Of a stretch of 64,000 nt of DNA, positions 24,803 to 38,600 are shown in pieces. The stretch is from Pavona decussata. Its lineage: Eukaryota. The stretch is taken from NCBI GenBank assembly GCA_977016875.1, contig CDRNST010000060.1, forward strand, positions 1,736,001-1,800,000, written 5' to 3'. The translations under genes were made by a program, and so were the position numbers. The notes under the pieces were generated by a model. It was not told the origin of the DNA, searched no databases, and worked only from the letters and a program-made list of their open reading frames with translations. How positions within the stretch are numbered: position 1 is the stretch's first letter; every line of letters begins with the position of its first letter.

Positions 24803-27170
24803 CTTGGATCTTCCAGCGGTTGAGGAGATTCGGCCGTAAAGTTTTGCCTACTAAATTAATCTTTTGTTTTTGCCGAGTACCTGGACCTGGATCAGCAATA
24901 TTCGATTTTAAATCTTCAATGAGCAGATGACCGTGGATGACGTCTTCAATTTGATAAGGAAATCTTTGCACTGAACGGTTCGGATCGTGTAGTACAGGTT
25001 TAGAATACAAAAACGCTTAAATACTGTAATACGAAGGCCAGTCTTGTTACGCCTATATTGAATCAGCAATAGATACGTGATAAAATGAGACTTAACAAAT
25101 ATATCTTTGAATTTGCATAGCGATTATGCATCCGACTTTTAAATATTGATTTTTTCAACATAGCTTCAAGGTTTATCGCGACAAGCCTTGGCAACAAAGA
25201 GCTAAAAGATCATTGCCTATTGGCGCTTTTTACTTTGATAGTAGCGGGGATTTGGAAATAATTACTCAGAGTAAACAGTTATTGAAGCGAACTACATCAG
25301 AGGCTGCGAATTAATTCGTTGTTCTTCATTGCTCAGAAACAATTGGAAAACATATCATTTAAATTTTGGAAAATGGACATTATCAATTAGCCTGATTCAA
25401 CGAAACTTTAAGCAATAAACTCCCAAAATACCGGCCAAATTTGGTTTGTCCCGATTCTTTACCAGAAAACTGAAGAAATTTTAAGGAATCAAATTTTATT
25501 CCACCAATTTAGCTTCATTGAAGCGTTTTTGGTGGTGATTCTCGGAAAACCTTGCTTAGTTAAACTGACTTTAATCACCGAAGTAGCGCTTTTTTTTTTG
25601 TTCTCTCCACAATTGCATGACGTTAATTTTTTTCCAATATAACGAAAACACTTGGTGAAAATGAGAGATGACCAACACCTAACCAACACGTATTTTACCG
25701 GGACGATGTGTTGGGCGCACGCCTTTAATCTACAGCGGGAAGGTAAAAAGTTGACTAAATTTAGTGGGAAGAAAAAAAGAAAGAAAAACTTTGGAAAACT
25801 AAATTCTGCATAAGAGATTTTAATTTGACATGATGGACAAATGAAACAAGATAGCAATCGTGTAAGAACTGAAATAAAATTTTATTTTTTTTGAAGTGAT
25901 GGCGTCAGTTAAGCATGTGACGGTCCCAGGGCAACGTCTTCAAGCCGACTTTGTTCCTCTAAATTCGGGAAACGATGTGTTTAGCCAGCGCAGTGGCACC
26001 CTCTGTACGGTTGACTTTAAAAGAGGGGGGAAGATTCAGTGAGAAGACGGCTTATGCTAAGCTCCTTTTACGCTGCTTAAACAGGAAGCCTACTGATTAA
26101 AGACTAGAACATTAACTCGATCGAAATTCTGACAATAGTATTAAGCGAATTCGCAGTTCACATATATCACGTTTCACTTTCATCTAGATTTAAAACGTGA
26201 TATTCACTGCTCAATCGCCTTATCTACGTGAGCCGTTTCCGTATTGGCTTCCAATATCAGTTTGGCTAAGGTATAGAAAGTAATTAACTTTCCATTTATA
26301 TTGGCCGACAAACAATTACCTGACCTATTTAAATGCAAGTCCATTCGCTAGATTAGATGTTCGTGCGAGCTCGCGTAATTCGGTCGCTGCACGCACGTAG
26401 TCTATCACTCACTTAGTCGGAACCAAATTTTACAGCCGATTTCACTGCAGCGTCCGTTGTCCACCATGGTCTACCCGTGATAAGACAAACGTAAAAGAAA
26501 TTCATACGTAAACTGAGTTCCCACATTAAAGATTGACTTCCTGAAATCCATCCTGAAATCGGCGTATAGACTTGATTCGTAAAACATGACCCAACGGAGT
26601 GAATCGGCTGCATAAACAAATGGTCTTTACATGTATAAAATGTTCATACTAACTGCTTTATCGCTTCTTTTCCTGTCATTTTTGATTTACGGTTGGCGAA
26701 ACAAGTACAAAAAAATAATCTTAACCTCATTTCCTTTTTGGTGGACTGACTAAATCTAATATTTTGGTATTAACCGTGGGAAGTCAACATCAGGTATTAA
26801 TTAAAGTGCAGCTTCATGAAAAATGTATGAAAATTGAAGGTTAAGCTTCAGGACGAATGCCCTGTGATTTTTTTGTTCGAGAACACGCGGAACGCTTTTA
26901 AAAGTGATTCTGAACCAAAATTTGAAACACTTTAAGACCTATTCCAACTTTATCAACAATCGTTCAACAAACGTTTATCGAATGTTGAAATAAATGTTTT
27001 CAAATTCATTAATAATTCATAAAGACAAAACAAGGAAATCACGTGATCTTAATTATCATAAGATTTGGTACAATTTTGCTTTGAATTTCTACCGACAGTT
27101 ATTAATGGTTTGAGAAGCTACATCAAACACGCAAACGAGTTTTTCATCCCATTTCCAAACAACTCGAAGT

Positions 27171-27390
27171 TGGTGAATGAATGAGAATGATGATTATTCT
27201 AGAAAGTGACGCAGGCATACTCGGAAAAAAGAAATGGTAGAGCATCCGAACTAGTAATCGGAAGGTCTTAGGTTCGACTCCTGATAGGAGCACTCGCATT
27301 TCTTTTTTCCGAGTATGCCTGCGTCACTTTCTAGAATAATCATCATTCTCATTCATTCACCAGGCTGGAAATATACCATCACATTTCTTT
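27171..27390 (+). mobile_element. tRNA-centred repeat T1 copy with inverted 5' duplication and 15-bp TSD
   Basis: Perfect 66-bp inverted repeat 27171-27236 / 27297-27362 around a 5'-truncated tRNA-Thr(AGT)-like sequence; TSD caactcgaagttggt 27160-27174 / 27391-27405. Confidence 0.85.
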
Positions 27391-27522
27391 CAACTCGAAG
27401 TTGGTTTTCATATTACTTGAAACCGTCTAAGCGTAAGTGTGGGCTTCATGTATAAAAAAATAAACCACATCGTCTTGTCTTGAAACATTTGTTTTAATTT
27501 GCATCGGTTTTTTTTTTATCTA

Positions 27523-27664
27523 CAGTCGACTCCCGATAACTCGAACCTCCCGCTAACTCGAACCAATTTTCCTTTCCCTTCAGGTCATCTTCTATATAAT
27601 TTTACCCTCGATAACTCGAACTTTTTGTCAATTTTTCTTGAAGGTTCGAGTTATCGGGAGTCGA
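27523..27664. mobile_element. Tc1/mariner-like MITE
   Basis: TA|cagtcgactcccgataactcgaacc ... ggttcgagttatcgggagtcga. Confidence 0.6.
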
Positions 27665-29269
27665 TCAGCTTTTTTATGTTTAACTTATATATTACATAAA
27701 ACACGAAAACAATATTAATGTGGAAATCTATGGTCTACATTTAATCCAGTGGCCATAAGTATTTAATTTAAGATAACACTTCTTACTTTGCCTAACTTGA
27801 ACAGGGACTCACCCACAATCAAGCGTCCAGCCTGGGCATAGCTAAGGGGTTTTGAAAACAATCGACTGTGAAGGTGTTTTCTCTCTATCAAATTTAGCTT
27901 GAAAGAGATTCGAAGATCATACGTCCAAAAGTGTACTAAAAAAAATTAATAACAGAAACAGAGGAAGAAAGTCAAATTTACTGAGATAGTGGCAGAAATA
28001 AATACCAAGTAGCAGAAATGGTTCAATACTGGCTTGCATCAAAATACGTTAATAAAACATGTAAATTTTGCCATTACTTTGAAGAGAATATCTCATACAG
28101 GGTGAGTATACCCCCAGGCTACTTCAGAGGCTTAAATCTTACGGAGCACATTAAAGAGACTATGTCAGCTGGGGCTGATGCACACTAGAATCCGGTTGAG
28201 ACTAATTTGCATACAACTCGTCGCGGGATTTTCGCTTTTCCGCCATTGCAAAAGCTTTCAAAAATATTGCAATAAACAGCTAGCTTCTGTAATTACTGTT
28301 CTCAAACTCATTAATAATTCATCAAGAGAAAACAAAGAAAATCACTACCGTGACCGTGGTTTGGATATGTGATCCTAATTACCATAAAATTTTGCCAACT
28401 GTAGCCTTGAATTTCTCCAAGAATTATTCATCATTTGAGAAGCCATATCAAACACTCGAAAGTGTGTTTCATCAGATATCCAAACACCTCGAAGTCGTTT
28501 TAAAAAACTCGGCTGCGCCTCGTTTTTTCAACCTACTCAGTGTTTGGATATCTGATGAAACACGCTCTCTCGTGTTTGATATATTACAAGAATGTTTGTA
28601 AATAAAAAATTCAGCTAACTTTCCCAAGATGAACGCGATTCAAACAGATGAAAATAGCTTTCTGAACTCTCCGACAAAAAATTTGAAAACTTTGGGCCAA
28701 CGATTTCAAAGTGCTTCTCATCAACTCGCGCATGCGCCTGGGGTGACATAGTCCCTGTAAAGAACCCGAGTGAATAACCCTGCCTACAGACCTGAACTGA
28801 AACATGGTAACAGACTAACAGGCAGACACCTGTTCAATTTCATCAACGATAGTAACATCCACATAAAAAAATTATTCCGACAAAAAGACAATACACAACA
28901 TCGTAAATGTTAACATATCTTCCGGTTCTTCGTCGGCTCAAAAATATTGGAAAACTTAATTTTTCACTGAAATAATTCTTTTGAATAATCTTGTATAATT
29001 TAACAATTTAATTAAACGAAGGATGAAGGGCAATCAGAACAACAACTGAAACAACTACAAAATAATATCTTATCAAAGTCAGTATCATCTTCGTGATCGC
29101 CAACGTCTTCACTAGACATCTGAATCTTTTTAATTGTTAAGTTCAATTTCATCTCCTTCATGTCATCGTACATGTTACCATATTCATAATGCCAATCCTC
29201 GTTATATCAGTGTAAGCGTCAATTCAACCATCGTCTTCGTAAACGTCACCGTCCTGATTATTATCCGAA

Positions 29270-29580
29270 CATCATCATAATTTTCGTAGTCGATCTCATT
29301 TAAATCATCATCGTCATCATCGCCTTTGTTGTTCTCATCATCATCCGTCGTTAACGTTGTTGTCATAAATATCAATCATCGTCGTCATCATCATCATCCA
29401 TCATCACCATCGTCGTCGTCACCATTTTCATCACCATCTTCATCATTACCAACATCATCTCATCTCGTAGTATTGTAAGTACTGTAGTATTGTAAGTAAT
29501 GAGTATTGTAAGTAATGTCGTATTGTAAGTACTGTGATATTCAAGTAATATAGTAATGTAAGTACTGTAGTATTGTAAGT
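29270..29580. repeat. Degenerate (CAT/CGT)n microsatellite followed by tattgtaagta minisatellite
   Basis: Direct inspection. Confidence 0.8.
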
Positions 29581-30669
29581 AAAAAAAAAAAAAACATCTC
29601 ATTATCGTTGTAACCTCATCACCTTTAATACGCTAATTTCCAACATAATTGCCATCGTTATGTTACTCTCCCACTTCCTAGTTATCACTAACCTCTTCAA
29701 ACATATCCTCAAACTCAAGCTCCACCATTCTTATCGTCATCGTATAAAACAGCATCAGTTCTAATCTGTCTTTGTAAACCCACTGACACCTAATGGTGTT
29801 GGCCAGGGACGAAATTGACAGAACCCTCTTAAGTTAAGACGTGTCCTTAGTACTGTTTGTTTATAATAACCTTTTGCTGGCAGAACAATATTCTATCGTT
29901 AAACAGGAAGTTCAGGTATAAAAGGGGCCTGGTCAGGCCATTTTCACCTTCAATTGTCAATCAATCACCAGAGCGTAAACAACTGACAAGCAACGTGTGC
30001 CTTTTTCTTCGGCTTTTACGGATAAAATTGGCTTAGTTTTCAGAATAACCCTCGTTAAACAAATTAAAACTTGATATCTTTTATTGCTGTGGTGATATTT
30101 TAACATATTGAGGCATATTTCTAAGAGGACGCTTGAGTCAACACGCCCACAAAGGTGTGAAATGAAGGAGGGGCTTGCCCTTTTATAGCGGAACTTCTTG
30201 TTTAAGGTAGAATACGTGAATCCGTCCCCTGGTTCTTCTGACATTCAAATACTGTAACAAGTAAAATGTTCTCTGCTGGGACAACTTTGAGCAAACGGCC
30301 AAACAACATTAACAGTTCAGATGTCTTTCGTTTCTCCGTCATCGGAAACAGTCTTTAACCTGTTCTGCTTCACTACAAACAGGTAAACTGTATAAGCAAC
30401 TGACCCGCCTTTTGACAGAACACAAACATGAACAACTTCAGAAGGTGAGATTTGTCCCTTCAAACAGTTTCCAATCTGTTGCATAAACCTCAAGCGCTTG
30501 TCCAGATGAACCCAGACCTGGCTCACCAGTGCTGCAATGTAACAGAACTCGAACAAGCTCCAACAACTTCAGTGTAGATGCTTTTCCAACCTTGGCGATA
30601 CCAGTCCAGCTCCAGTCACCGAACTGCAGAACTACAGAACTATAAAGGCTACTAAACATCCCTTTAGTT

Positions 30670-32604
30670 TCAGTTCCCATACAGCTGGTTTTCCAAGTCC
30701 CTGTGGGAAGCGCTTCTCAGATGCATTGACACAGCCCTCGGGTGCCTGCACAAGACATTGCACAAGGGACAAACAACCTCCTGCGTAAACTGCTCCGAGG
30801 TTCTGAAAACAATGTTAACTTGTAAGTAACTTGTAAGAATCTTTTCTTTTATATAACCTTTCATCCGCAGTGCGTATACGTGTTTCATATATATTCATAT
30901 TTATTTATTCTTTACGGGTATATCATTAACTCGAAACATGACCAGCTCCCAGTTGGCTTGATAGCTCAGCTGGTAGAGCACTGCAGCACCGCCATTGCAG
31001 AGGTCATGGATTCAAATCCCCTACAGGCGTGGATTTGTTTCAGGGTTTTTTCGCAACAGTCTGGTTGCGTAGATAACTGCAGAATCTTTTCTTCTATATT
31101 GTCTTTCATCCGCAGTGCTTATACATGTTTCATAAGTAACTTGAGGTCGTCTTCTTTTATTACCCATGGGCTAATCAGAGTGGGGTTGGGGGTGGGGTTT
31201 ATTATCGGAAGGATTTTAGCGTCAGAGGTTTGGGGGTGGAGGGGGTTGGGCTTTAGATTCGGAATGTTAGAGTAATTGGGCTACTGTACGAGGCACAGAA
31301 AAGCAGTCTAATTTACCTTCCCTCCAAGCTCCTAAGCCACTCCAATTTTTCCAGCAGCTCTGCCTGCTTGATTATGGACTCTTCATCTTCATCCAGTGGC
31401 CTGTTCGAGATGGCAATGCCCTGGTGCAGAGTGTACAGAGCGCAGTCGGTTTCAGTCTTCTCTGGTTGCATTTTGTAAGCATGGTCGATCTGCAATGTTG
31501 TAACAGAAGTTGTCAACGTTGTCAGCACTCTTCAGCTATCTGAACCAACCAGAATGGCGACTAAACTATCACTGGACCTGCCTAACTTTAGCCAACGAAT
31601 AAAGCTGCCTGTTATCACTCCAACACCCTTGGCGGCCGAGATATGTACAACCCTAGCCATGAAAATGGAAGTGTCTACACTTTGGAAAAATTCTACAATT
31701 CTCTATATGTGGAAGTATAGAATTGTGTGAAAGACTAGTTTGTCACACTATTCCACACTTCCGCGTTTAAGAAGTGTAGAACGAAGTAAAGATAACAAGG
31801 GTTCAGTGTCTCCGAAAATGGGTGATATAATCCCTAGTTTGTCGCACTATTCCATACTTCCACATTTAAAGAAGTGTAGAACAAAGTCAAGAATAGTTAG
31901 TCATAGTTAGTCGCGCTATTTCACATTTCCGCACAAAAGAAGTGTAGAATTATTCCAAACCTGGGATTTCAAGGCGAAGGATGGACATTTGTGTGGCGGC
32001 CGGCAGCGATGAGAGGAGGTTGTGTTCGTAGGTTAGCCTAACTTAAAACTGAAAGCAGGTCTATTTACCTGGTTCCATCGGCATGGCCTGGGGAAGGCCC
32101 ACGGCTTTCTGGTTTCTCGGGGTTTTAAAATAAGCCTACGAAAGCAAAAAGAACAAAAAACTGACTTAGAAAAGAATACGGTCAATACAAAAAAGACGCG
32201 TACAGCAGCTAAATGAAGCTTGATAAAACTTTTTCACCAATATTTGCTGCGACAAAGTTTTTTTTATTCGGGTTTACTTAGCCCGCGAACGCAGACGTAT
32301 TTCCAGCTGTCGCTTCTCTCCGCCTTATTTTTCGACGGAGAGAAGCGACAGCCGGAAATACGTCTGCGTTCGCAGGCTAAGTTTACTTTTCCCAGTAACC
32401 AAATAACGGTTGCTCAATAGACTAATGACATCCCAATATAGAACATGGTATTTTGCGGTGACATACTTGGTGATGAGGCGTTTACTGGAGTTTTGAATTC
32501 TCTCCACAGCTGGCGTCCCCCATCCTGCCACCTCTGCTTCGCTTTGTAGCGCCATGTTGATGGCGGTGCGCACTGAGTTTATCTGTAATTAAGCAACGGA
32601 GAAA

Positions 32605-32639
<35 letters not shown>

Positions 32640-35600
32640 AGAGGAAGACGACATTCTAAAATGTGGAGGACTTCCTTGTGGTCCTGTGTCCTGTATTCAA
32701 ATGCAAGCTGTTCGGTGGCACTAGTTGTTGACTGGGTTTCACTTCCAAGTCCGCCAGCGATGAAATTTTAGTGTGACAATACAATGAAGACAACTGAACA
32801 GTTACTTTCCTGTGGTATTATTTCTTAAGCTGCAGAAGGTGGTTCTAGCTTTTGAATATGTGGAGGAAATCCTAAAGTGTGACCATTTAAATGAAAGGTA
32901 CTGAGCCTTCCTTTTCTGTGGTGCTGTTCATTATGCTATACAAGGTGGTTCTATCTTTTGAATTTGTGGATGAAATCCTTGAGGGTGACCATTCAGCTGA
33001 AAGCTACTGGGAAGTGCTTTGCTGTAGCGCTGTTTGTTATGCTCTACAAGGTGGTTCTAACTTTTGAATTTGTGCATGTAATCCTCAAGTGTGACCATTT
33101 AGCTGAAGGGCTGCTGAGCAGACATTTCATTCTATCATCATCAAAACACTTTTAAAACATCGCCCAAAACGTACCAGAATGATGTCGTCTTGTGTGATCT
33201 CCACCTCAAACACAAGCTCACTGTCATGGTCTGGAAGAAGGGCGTGTCCTGTGCTGGGATCATACCCCAGGCCTACCAACGCTCCTGTGTACTTACGCAT
33301 TTCAGGGTCAGTTCTGTAAACAAAGAAAAAGGAATCGATAAAACAGAAACAAGACTCCGAGCTGTTAATAGTGTATCCTGGATGCCGGAGGTCGAGTTTT
33401 TAATTCGAGATACATATATTAAGTCCAAAATCGGCGTCATCTGTTTTCCAACCACCAAGCTAATTACCCCATTTACAGTAAACAGGTTACTAACTATTTC
33501 TACCCAAGACGGAACGCCGAGATTCAGCGAACAAACGATTGGATGCACTGCAGACATGCATTTCTATAGAGTGTGTGCACGGCGGCCATGTTGGAGGACT
33601 AAAACAATAGAATACATTTGCATAAAAATAGAATATATTTCCCAAAGGAAAATCATTGTATTGTTTCGGTCCTCCAACATGGCCGTCGTGCACACACTCT
33701 ATAGCCTAATTCAGTTCCATACTATCGTCCACGATCTTTTGATTTATAAACCAGTAGCAGTCTTTTGCAGCTCGTATGTGTGAGCTTTGATGGCAATTTG
33801 AAATAGTTGCAGAAGTTGTGAAAGAGATAGGATGTTATGTTTAAAGCCTGGTGAATAAATGATTGATGTGTTCTTTCAGTCAGTGACACAGGCACACTCG
33901 GAAAAAGAAAATCCGAGTGCTCCTATCAGGAGTCGACCGTAAGACCTTCTGATTACTAGTTCAGATGCTCTATCACTGAGCTACAGGAGACTCGTGGGAG
34001 CAAACAAAGGCCATCAAATTAGGTTCATGGGACAAACATCCTGCATACTGCTAGGACTTGAATGTCAATGAGTGGTATATATGTAAGAGATGTTACATTT
34101 TAAGCCTGGGCTCGATTGTTCGAAAGCTGATTGACGCTAATCCACGGTTAAAAGTTAACCGAGGTTTTCATCTCGCTCGTTAAGATGATTTTTAAAGGCT
34201 AAGTTTAAGCTAATGGTAAAGAAAAGTTTAAGGCAAAACTGAGGGACGAAAATCTTTTGGAAGAATTCGTATGGGTTAGTAAATAAACTCGAATCAAAGT
34301 TCGCGTTAACCCAGGATTAGTTTAATAGGAACAACTGGGCCCTGGTGAATATACTTGATCTAGTATACTATCATTATATCATTTAGATGTAAGTTGGACG
34401 AGTTGTATGGACAAACGCTGCCCCAAAGCAAGATCTTATCATCAAGCAACGTTTTCCGTAAGTATAATGTGACTATTATAAATTTTTTAAATATTCTAAC
34501 CACCATAAAATCTCTGTTACTTGTCTGAGGTCTCTAAATGGGAAGTGCACCCATTGAGACAACGACAGGGAACTACTTAAATGAATATGAATACCTGAAA
34601 ACATGTATTATTTAAATGCAGGTGGAACATTAAATAGAAGAAAGGCCCTGGCAGTCATTTGCGCAACTAAAGCAGTTGCGAAAAGAAAGCCTGCAAAAAA
34701 TGATTCGAATTCACAACGATACCGGTGCAGTGCTCTACCAATTGAGCTATCAAGCCAACTGGGAGATGGTCATATTGTGCATTCGTAATATACCCCGTAA
34801 CCCGTGGAGGATGAACATGTATGAAAACATATATTTGCACTGCGGGTGGAAGATTAAATAGAAGAAAGGCCCTCGCAGTTATTTACGCAAGGAAATAACT
34901 TGCCTCTAAAATTGAATTAAATGATCAATACCATCAATGATCACTGTTTTCAGCGCGATCGTTGGCGATCAACGATCAAGACTTGTTTGCGTGACCCCAG
35001 CTCCAAGGAGCAACTGCGGCACGAACGAGGCAACAAAGATTTACCTTAGTTCAGCAAATGGAGCAAAGATTAGCGAGACAATAGGCAGCAGGCCGTGTAT
35101 GTTTGGCATCAGGGTTGTATCTCTGAAATGTAAGCAGACAAAACACATCAGTATACAGCTTGTCCGCGTTAGCACCATGCAAGGAAATACACTGACGGGG
35201 TAGGGTGGGGGTCTTATGCCTTTGACTCCATGTTTTCTTTTTCACTAGCGTAGGAAGAGAACGTTCATGTAGGTGGTTTTTCTATTCTTGTCGTCTAGGG
35301 GTGGGGAGGGGTGTAGGGGTTATTGCTGGGTTGTGGAAATTTGCCAGACAAGGGAGCGCTATTCTGCCGGTGTAGGGACAGGATGGCTACAATGTAAGCC
35401 CCTGGATCTCACTCAACGCTAGCATTCACTGGTGCTTAAGCGACGTAGTTAGTATTACGCAATTGCTTGTTTGGAATATTTGGCTTTGTGTGCTTACCTC
35501 CAATTTTCTTTTTGGATCTAATAGCCTTTGATACTAAGACCTGCTTTTCCCACATAGTAATAAACTGCGCAAAAATATCTCTGTATTAGGAGCCTGAGAG

Positions 35601-38600
35601 CACCGTCGTTCTACATCGTGGAAAAGATTTACCTTGCAACTACTGTAGACCCTGTGGCATTAATGCCAATGTTGGCCGCGACTAGAAACCTCGTATGAGG
35701 GTCTTGGGGCTGGTCATTCAGGGTAACACTGTTTACGGAGCCCTGTTCAATTCTGGCTGACCTATAGTAAATAAACAGTGACAGTTAATACGTTCTCTGG
35801 CTTACCTTCGCTCTGTGAAGTACTTACATTTGCTTATACAGACTTTAGAGTGTATATGAGCTGAATTTTTCCATGTCTTTTAGCTGCCGAACCAAACCTA
35901 TTTTTCCTTATCAAGTGTCCCGGAGACTGGGGGCGAAAATTGGGCTCGTGACGTCAGCTGGTTTCATTCACGGATTTCAGAGTACTTGATTTCCAGCCAT
36001 TTTTGGGGCGCAGCACTTGAAATTTTCGCACAATTACTTCTCATTTTAAAGCTGTTTGGTTTGATTTAGCGAATGTCTAGCATTTCAAAAAGCAACGAAT
36101 CTCTTTCTTCTGTGGAAAGTTTTGATGAAAGAGAAGATTTAGACGAGGAATGGAGATTATAGAAAGCGAAATAACGCCATATCAAGACACACCGATGCCC
36201 TAGATAACTATTTTATTGGGGCTCTATACAGCTCTGCCAAGACACCTTCCCAAGTATGGTGGAAGTGACCAAACATTCTTATGATTACAACCAACGCTTA
36301 CCAAGATCACAAAAAGATCCAAAAAGTTTACAGAAGTTTGCTTAAATCAACGAATGGTATAAGTTCTTGTAAAACCCTTTGAACATCGCGGATGCTATCC
36401 AGGTTGTTTCGAATTTGTCGTGAAAACAGTGCAAACCCGCAAGCCCAATTTTGCGGAATGCAAACGGTATAGAATTAATTAACTGTGACACACAGGTTAC
36501 TTCACCTCATCCGTCCTATGTTAGTGATGTTGTAGAAACTCATTTCAATTGGGCTCTCAGGTCCGCGTAAAGTCACCTATCCAGGAACAAAGATTGAAAT
36601 ATTAACTCTCACAACTCCTGATAATACGTCCCATTTACTCTTAGCTTTGAGAATTTGTTATTTCGAAGCTATGTTCTTGATAATCTCGCTGGACTATGTT
36701 CATACTGTACTGGATCAATTTTGGATGAGTAACAGAAGTTGCACTGGTTGACCTTTTGTCCACACTGTACCTGCTATCTGTGCAAGTTTAGAACCTATTC
36801 CAGAATCTGAAACACTTTTGAATCCAATTGGCTCGGTGTGAACATCTGGCTACAATTATAGAGAAAATGATGGCATAACTCAGTCAGTTCTGTAAAGGAT
36901 CCAAGCTGTACTGGTGTTCGGATCTTCGACAGCTGTATACTACTACAGATTGAACCATGCAAATTTTGCACCAGTATACTATAAACACCCTCTAAGAGCT
37001 GAGTATTGGTCAACCCATCCCTTGTTTTTAAAGTAAAATAGCACTACGAGCCTAAGTGGCCCACACGGCCAAAACTTAACCCGCTTTCTGCAGCATGAAG
37101 CAACTAGGAGTATTGCTACTCCCTCCCTGGATGGGATCATCCATCGTGCAGGGTTACCCCAAGCAGTATGTGGCTGGTACCCATTTATACACCTGGGCCC
37201 AGTTGTTCAAAGCCCGATTAAGCTAATCCTGGGTTAACGTGAACTTTGATTCGAGTATATTTACTAATCCGTAAGAATTCGTCCAAAAGATTTTTGTCCC
37301 TTAGCTTTTCCTTAGACTTTTCTTTTCCATCAGTTAAAAATGAGCCTTTAAAATCATTTTTACTGAGCGAGATGAAAACCTCGGTTAACTTTTAATCGTG
37401 GATTAGCGTTAATCGGCTTTCGAACAACCCGGCCCTGGGTAAAGAGAGATAATGTGGAGCAAAGTTTCTTGTCTATGGAAACAACACAGCAATGAAGAGA
37501 CCAACCTGGCCTCCGACCACCACCGGACCCTTCGATCTTCGTCCGATCGAAAATCCGACGCGCTAACAACTACTCCACCACGCCTCCACAATAAAATATG
37601 ATGTAGTAAAAATATAGCCGCACGAGACTTAACTGATGTCCAAGTGATGTGCATGTTATACGCAAACAATTAGGAAATATCTTGTTACAATCATTGCGGT
37701 ACCTTCGTACAGACGTCATCCTGTACATCCATGACGCTCATATCTACTGTATCAAGCCAGGTGGTGTTATCAACACCTTCCCCGGAGGCATTCTGATGAG
37801 CCATCTATGCAAAATAAACAAATGAAAAACATCATTGTCGTCATCATCAGCAGCATCGTTGTCAACACCATTACCATGATGAAAATAAACACTTAATAAC
37901 TGGTCTCGAGGGAGGGAGTTCAATGGAGTCTATAACCTTAGACGCATGAGACTCCTCCTGAAACATGGCGAACCCCTCATCAATGAGCCTCTGGTTGATG
38001 TGAATATCTTCTTCAGTGCTGGTGTCATACAAGTCCACACGAAGAACGTTCCTCATCAGCGAGTACACCTACAATCAAACAAAAGAATGAGAATTGATTC
38101 GCTTTCTATACGACTTGTACTACGTGAAGGAATGATCCAAAGAACGTGGAAGGTTCAGTGTTTTCAAACCAATAGGCCATTTTCGAGTTGCTTTGAACCT
38201 CATTATGAAACCGAGGCTAAGTGCAAAGTTTTTATTTGAAAATAAATTTTCGTCCGAAAAGGTTTTGCACTTAGCCTCGCTTTCATAATGAGGCTCACAG
38301 CAACTCGCAAATGGCCTATGAGGATAGATCTTTCTGCAGGGGCTGCCTTGGCACTATGGAACAAGTTGCCCAGCGAACTTCTACTGTTAACTACTGTTAA
38401 ATTAACTAACTAATTAACTACTGTTGAATTGATTTCAGTGCATGGTTTGTCAAAGCTGAGGACGAGTACGTACCATCTATCAGCTTTGACTTTTAATACT
38501 AATTAAGTTGTGATACCATTTAAAATTCGTAATTTTAGCAAAGTCTCAACATAGTGTTTAGCTTTCCTCGTGTCATTTTATATTTCAACAAGAAAATTAA

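Noticed and set aside
30317-30680. ORFs downstream of or overlapping the TDRD9 stop
   Set aside because: No recognisable homology; most likely 3' UTR.
33190-33783. 197-aa + strand ORF
   Set aside because: Antisense to a TDRD9 exon and running through a MITE; no domain features.
33930-33970. Compensatory change in the T1 anticodon stem (tccga/tcgga to tctga/tcaga) as proof of structural selection
   Set aside because: Equally explained by CpG deamination at two CpG sites.
33918-33990. Functional tRNA-Thr gene (also ~45068-45146, 27235-27292, 30955-31030)
   Set aside because: 8-nt anticodon loop, unpaired first acceptor base and mutations between copies; embedded in a dispersed repeat with TSDs.
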